A DNA stretch of 63,988 bases, the filler included, from Octopus bimaculoides (taxonomy: Eukaryota), in assembly GCF_001194135.2 (NCBI RefSeq). It is 6 parts of 4 records of this genome, joined end to end, with 100 filler letters (N's around TTAATTAATTAA, not from the genome) between each part and the next. Parts side by side here need not be neighbours in the genome. Positions count along the whole stretch, not along the records: positions 60,481 to 62,838 come from NC_068985.1; positions 62,939 to 63,988 come from NC_069001.1; 4 more parts are not named here. One strand, given 5' to 3'. Below are positions 61,829 to 63,988 of the stretch, in pieces. The position numbers and the translations under genes were made by a program. The notes beneath the pieces are model-generated. The model was not told the origin of the DNA, made no database searches, and worked only from the letters and a program-made list of their open reading frames with translations. Every line of letters starts with the position of its first letter. Position 1 is the stretch's first letter.

Positions 61829-62510
61829 GTGAAATAATTGAAATTCTACCCTTCCTGCTACTACTACTACTACACACACACACACACATATTTATATTTA
61901 TTTATATGTATACATATTTATATTTGGGTATACATATATATTTATATAAATGTATTTAATTATATGTATACATTTATATATTTATATAATTATATGTACA
62001 TTTGGATACATATCTATTTATATATTTATATCAATGTATGTATGCATATACATATATTTATATAAAAATATATATTTATATATTGACAGCAGGGAGTGCA
62101 TATGAGGGTAGCAGCATCAAACTCCCTCATGCACCAAACATCAATTTCTAAAAAGATTTAGTGAAGTAATAATTATGTAGCAACAACAAATGAGTTAAAG
62201 GCAGATCTATTTCTGCCTTATAGCATGTAAAGAAAATGGTGTTGCAGAAATGTATGTAGCACATGTATCACAGCAGTTCTAGGCAGAGTTTAAATACTGA
62301 GATTGAAAAGCAGGGGATGAATTATGCCTACCTAATCTATAAAAAAATAAAACATTTTGCATATAATGCAGAGTAATCAGACTAACCTTCATAATTTTAT
62401 TAAATTAGGTCCATATTTTGCCATGAGTGGAAAATGTTGCCATCAATGTATTGTATTCAAGGTAAGCACTGCCTACCTTGCTTACCTAGGTGGAATGTCC
62501 CTGGAATGTA

Positions 62511-62559
<49 letters not shown>

Positions 62560-62977
62560 ATGCATTTATCTATGTATGTATATATATATTTATATGTATA
62601 TTTATATTTATGTATACATTTATATGTATATATTTATGTGTGTATGTATAAAACTATGTATTACTATATATATGTATATATATTTATATATACATATATA
62701 TATATACATATATGTGTATATGTATGTATGTATGTGTGTATCTGTATGTATATATATATATACATCCATGCATGTGTATATGTATATATATTCATTTATT
62801 TATGGGTTTCAGCCAAGTGGCTGCGGTCATGCTGGTGCNNNNNNNNNNNNNNNNNNNNNNNNNNNNNNNNNNNNNNNNNNNNTTAATTAATTAANNNNNN
62901 NNNNNNNNNNNNNNNNNNNNNNNNNNNNNNNNNNNNNNATAGGATGCCACACATGATTGGCAATTATATGTTATGAG

Positions 62978-63030
<53 letters not shown>

Positions 63031-63389
63031 GGTATAAGTTAGAGGTGTTTAAAGCCTCTAAGGGATAGATATGTCCAAAGGCATTTCTGGTAATTATCTC
63101 AGTGGGTATATTCCTTGGTAAAAGGTATACGGCAGCAGGTCATTTAGCGGGTAACCATAGTTTAATTTATATAGGCGAGAAGAAAATGGAGGACAAATAA
63201 CAAACAGAAGTGTGCCTTTTGTGCTAGTAAGCCATTATTTAATTAGTAAAATAAAGGTGAGAGTGAGAATGAAGTTGTTTACGATCGTTTCTGTTTACCA
63301 TGGTGGGGAAAATATATATTATATTTTTACCTCGTTGCTAATGGTAGACATCGTCAGAATGAAGAAGTCAGAGGTAGAGAGAAGAGTGA

Positions 63390-63608
63390 AAGATCAATGG
63401 TTATATCAGGAAAGAGAAGATCAATGATTCGAGTGTCTTACATTATATTGGGGTTCACAGTTCGTTAAGTCCGTCATGAGGTGGATGAAGAGTATAAGTT
63501 AGTTGGACCTCATCCACCTCATAACGGACTTAACGAACTGTGAACCCCAATATAATGTAAGACACTTGAATCTTTGATCTTCTCTTTCCTGATGTAACCA
63601 TTGATCTT
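63390..63608. other. 99-bp inverted repeat with 21-nt loop
   Basis: Arms 63390-63488 and 63510-63608, 4 mismatches. Confidence 0.95.
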
Positions 63609-63988
63609 ATAAGGAAAATAAGACAATGTAGAAAATGCTAAAATAATTTTATTATGAAGAACATTTTAGTCCTGGTTTCAGTCTTTGCGACTTTTTTCAA
63701 CTTGGAGTAAAGCATGAAAAACAATTAAATTGTGGAAAAATTAAATGAAATGTTTTAAAAAATATTTTCATTGTTTTCAAATGCAAGGGACATTTTCCTT
63801 TTTGTCTTTGTCTCTCTTTTTTACTCTTGTGGGTTCTAGGTAGTTAGCAGTACGTAGTTTGATATGAATTCTTGTCTTGATTGTTTAAACAGCAGTAGTA
63901 GTAGAGAACGAAGAAGAAGTGGTGGTGGTGGTAGCGGTCATGGATGACAGTGGTAGTAAGCGATATGAAAGACAGTGATGGTGGTGGA

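Overview
AT-rich, repeat-dense eukaryotic DNA from a draft assembly, with about 22 N-gaps totalling roughly 6.8 kb. The tRNA-derived SINE families, the (TA)n/(CA)n/(AAT)n/(TAGA)n microsatellite load and the TE mix strongly resemble a coleoid cephalopod (Octopus-like) genome; this is inference. No complete host gene, rRNA, true tRNA or CRISPR array is supported. Nearly all long ORF-track entries are microsatellite or N-run artefacts. Supported content: more than 35 SINE or SINE-like copies in 4-5 modular families; non-LTR relics (two R4/Dong-type, one HERO-type, RTE-type fragments including a 3x C2H2 C-terminus, a Penelope-like RT, a probable L1/Tx1-type 3' end); two Helitron relics; a DD36E Tc1-like element; a near full-length mariner; a Buster-type hAT; MITEs; two related 92-bp and 38-52-bp tandem arrays flanking a rearranged Helitron; hammerhead-ribozyme-like cores; and several long hairpins. 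There are a few low-confidence host exon candidates. All protein-family assignments come from manual translation and motif recognition, not database searches.
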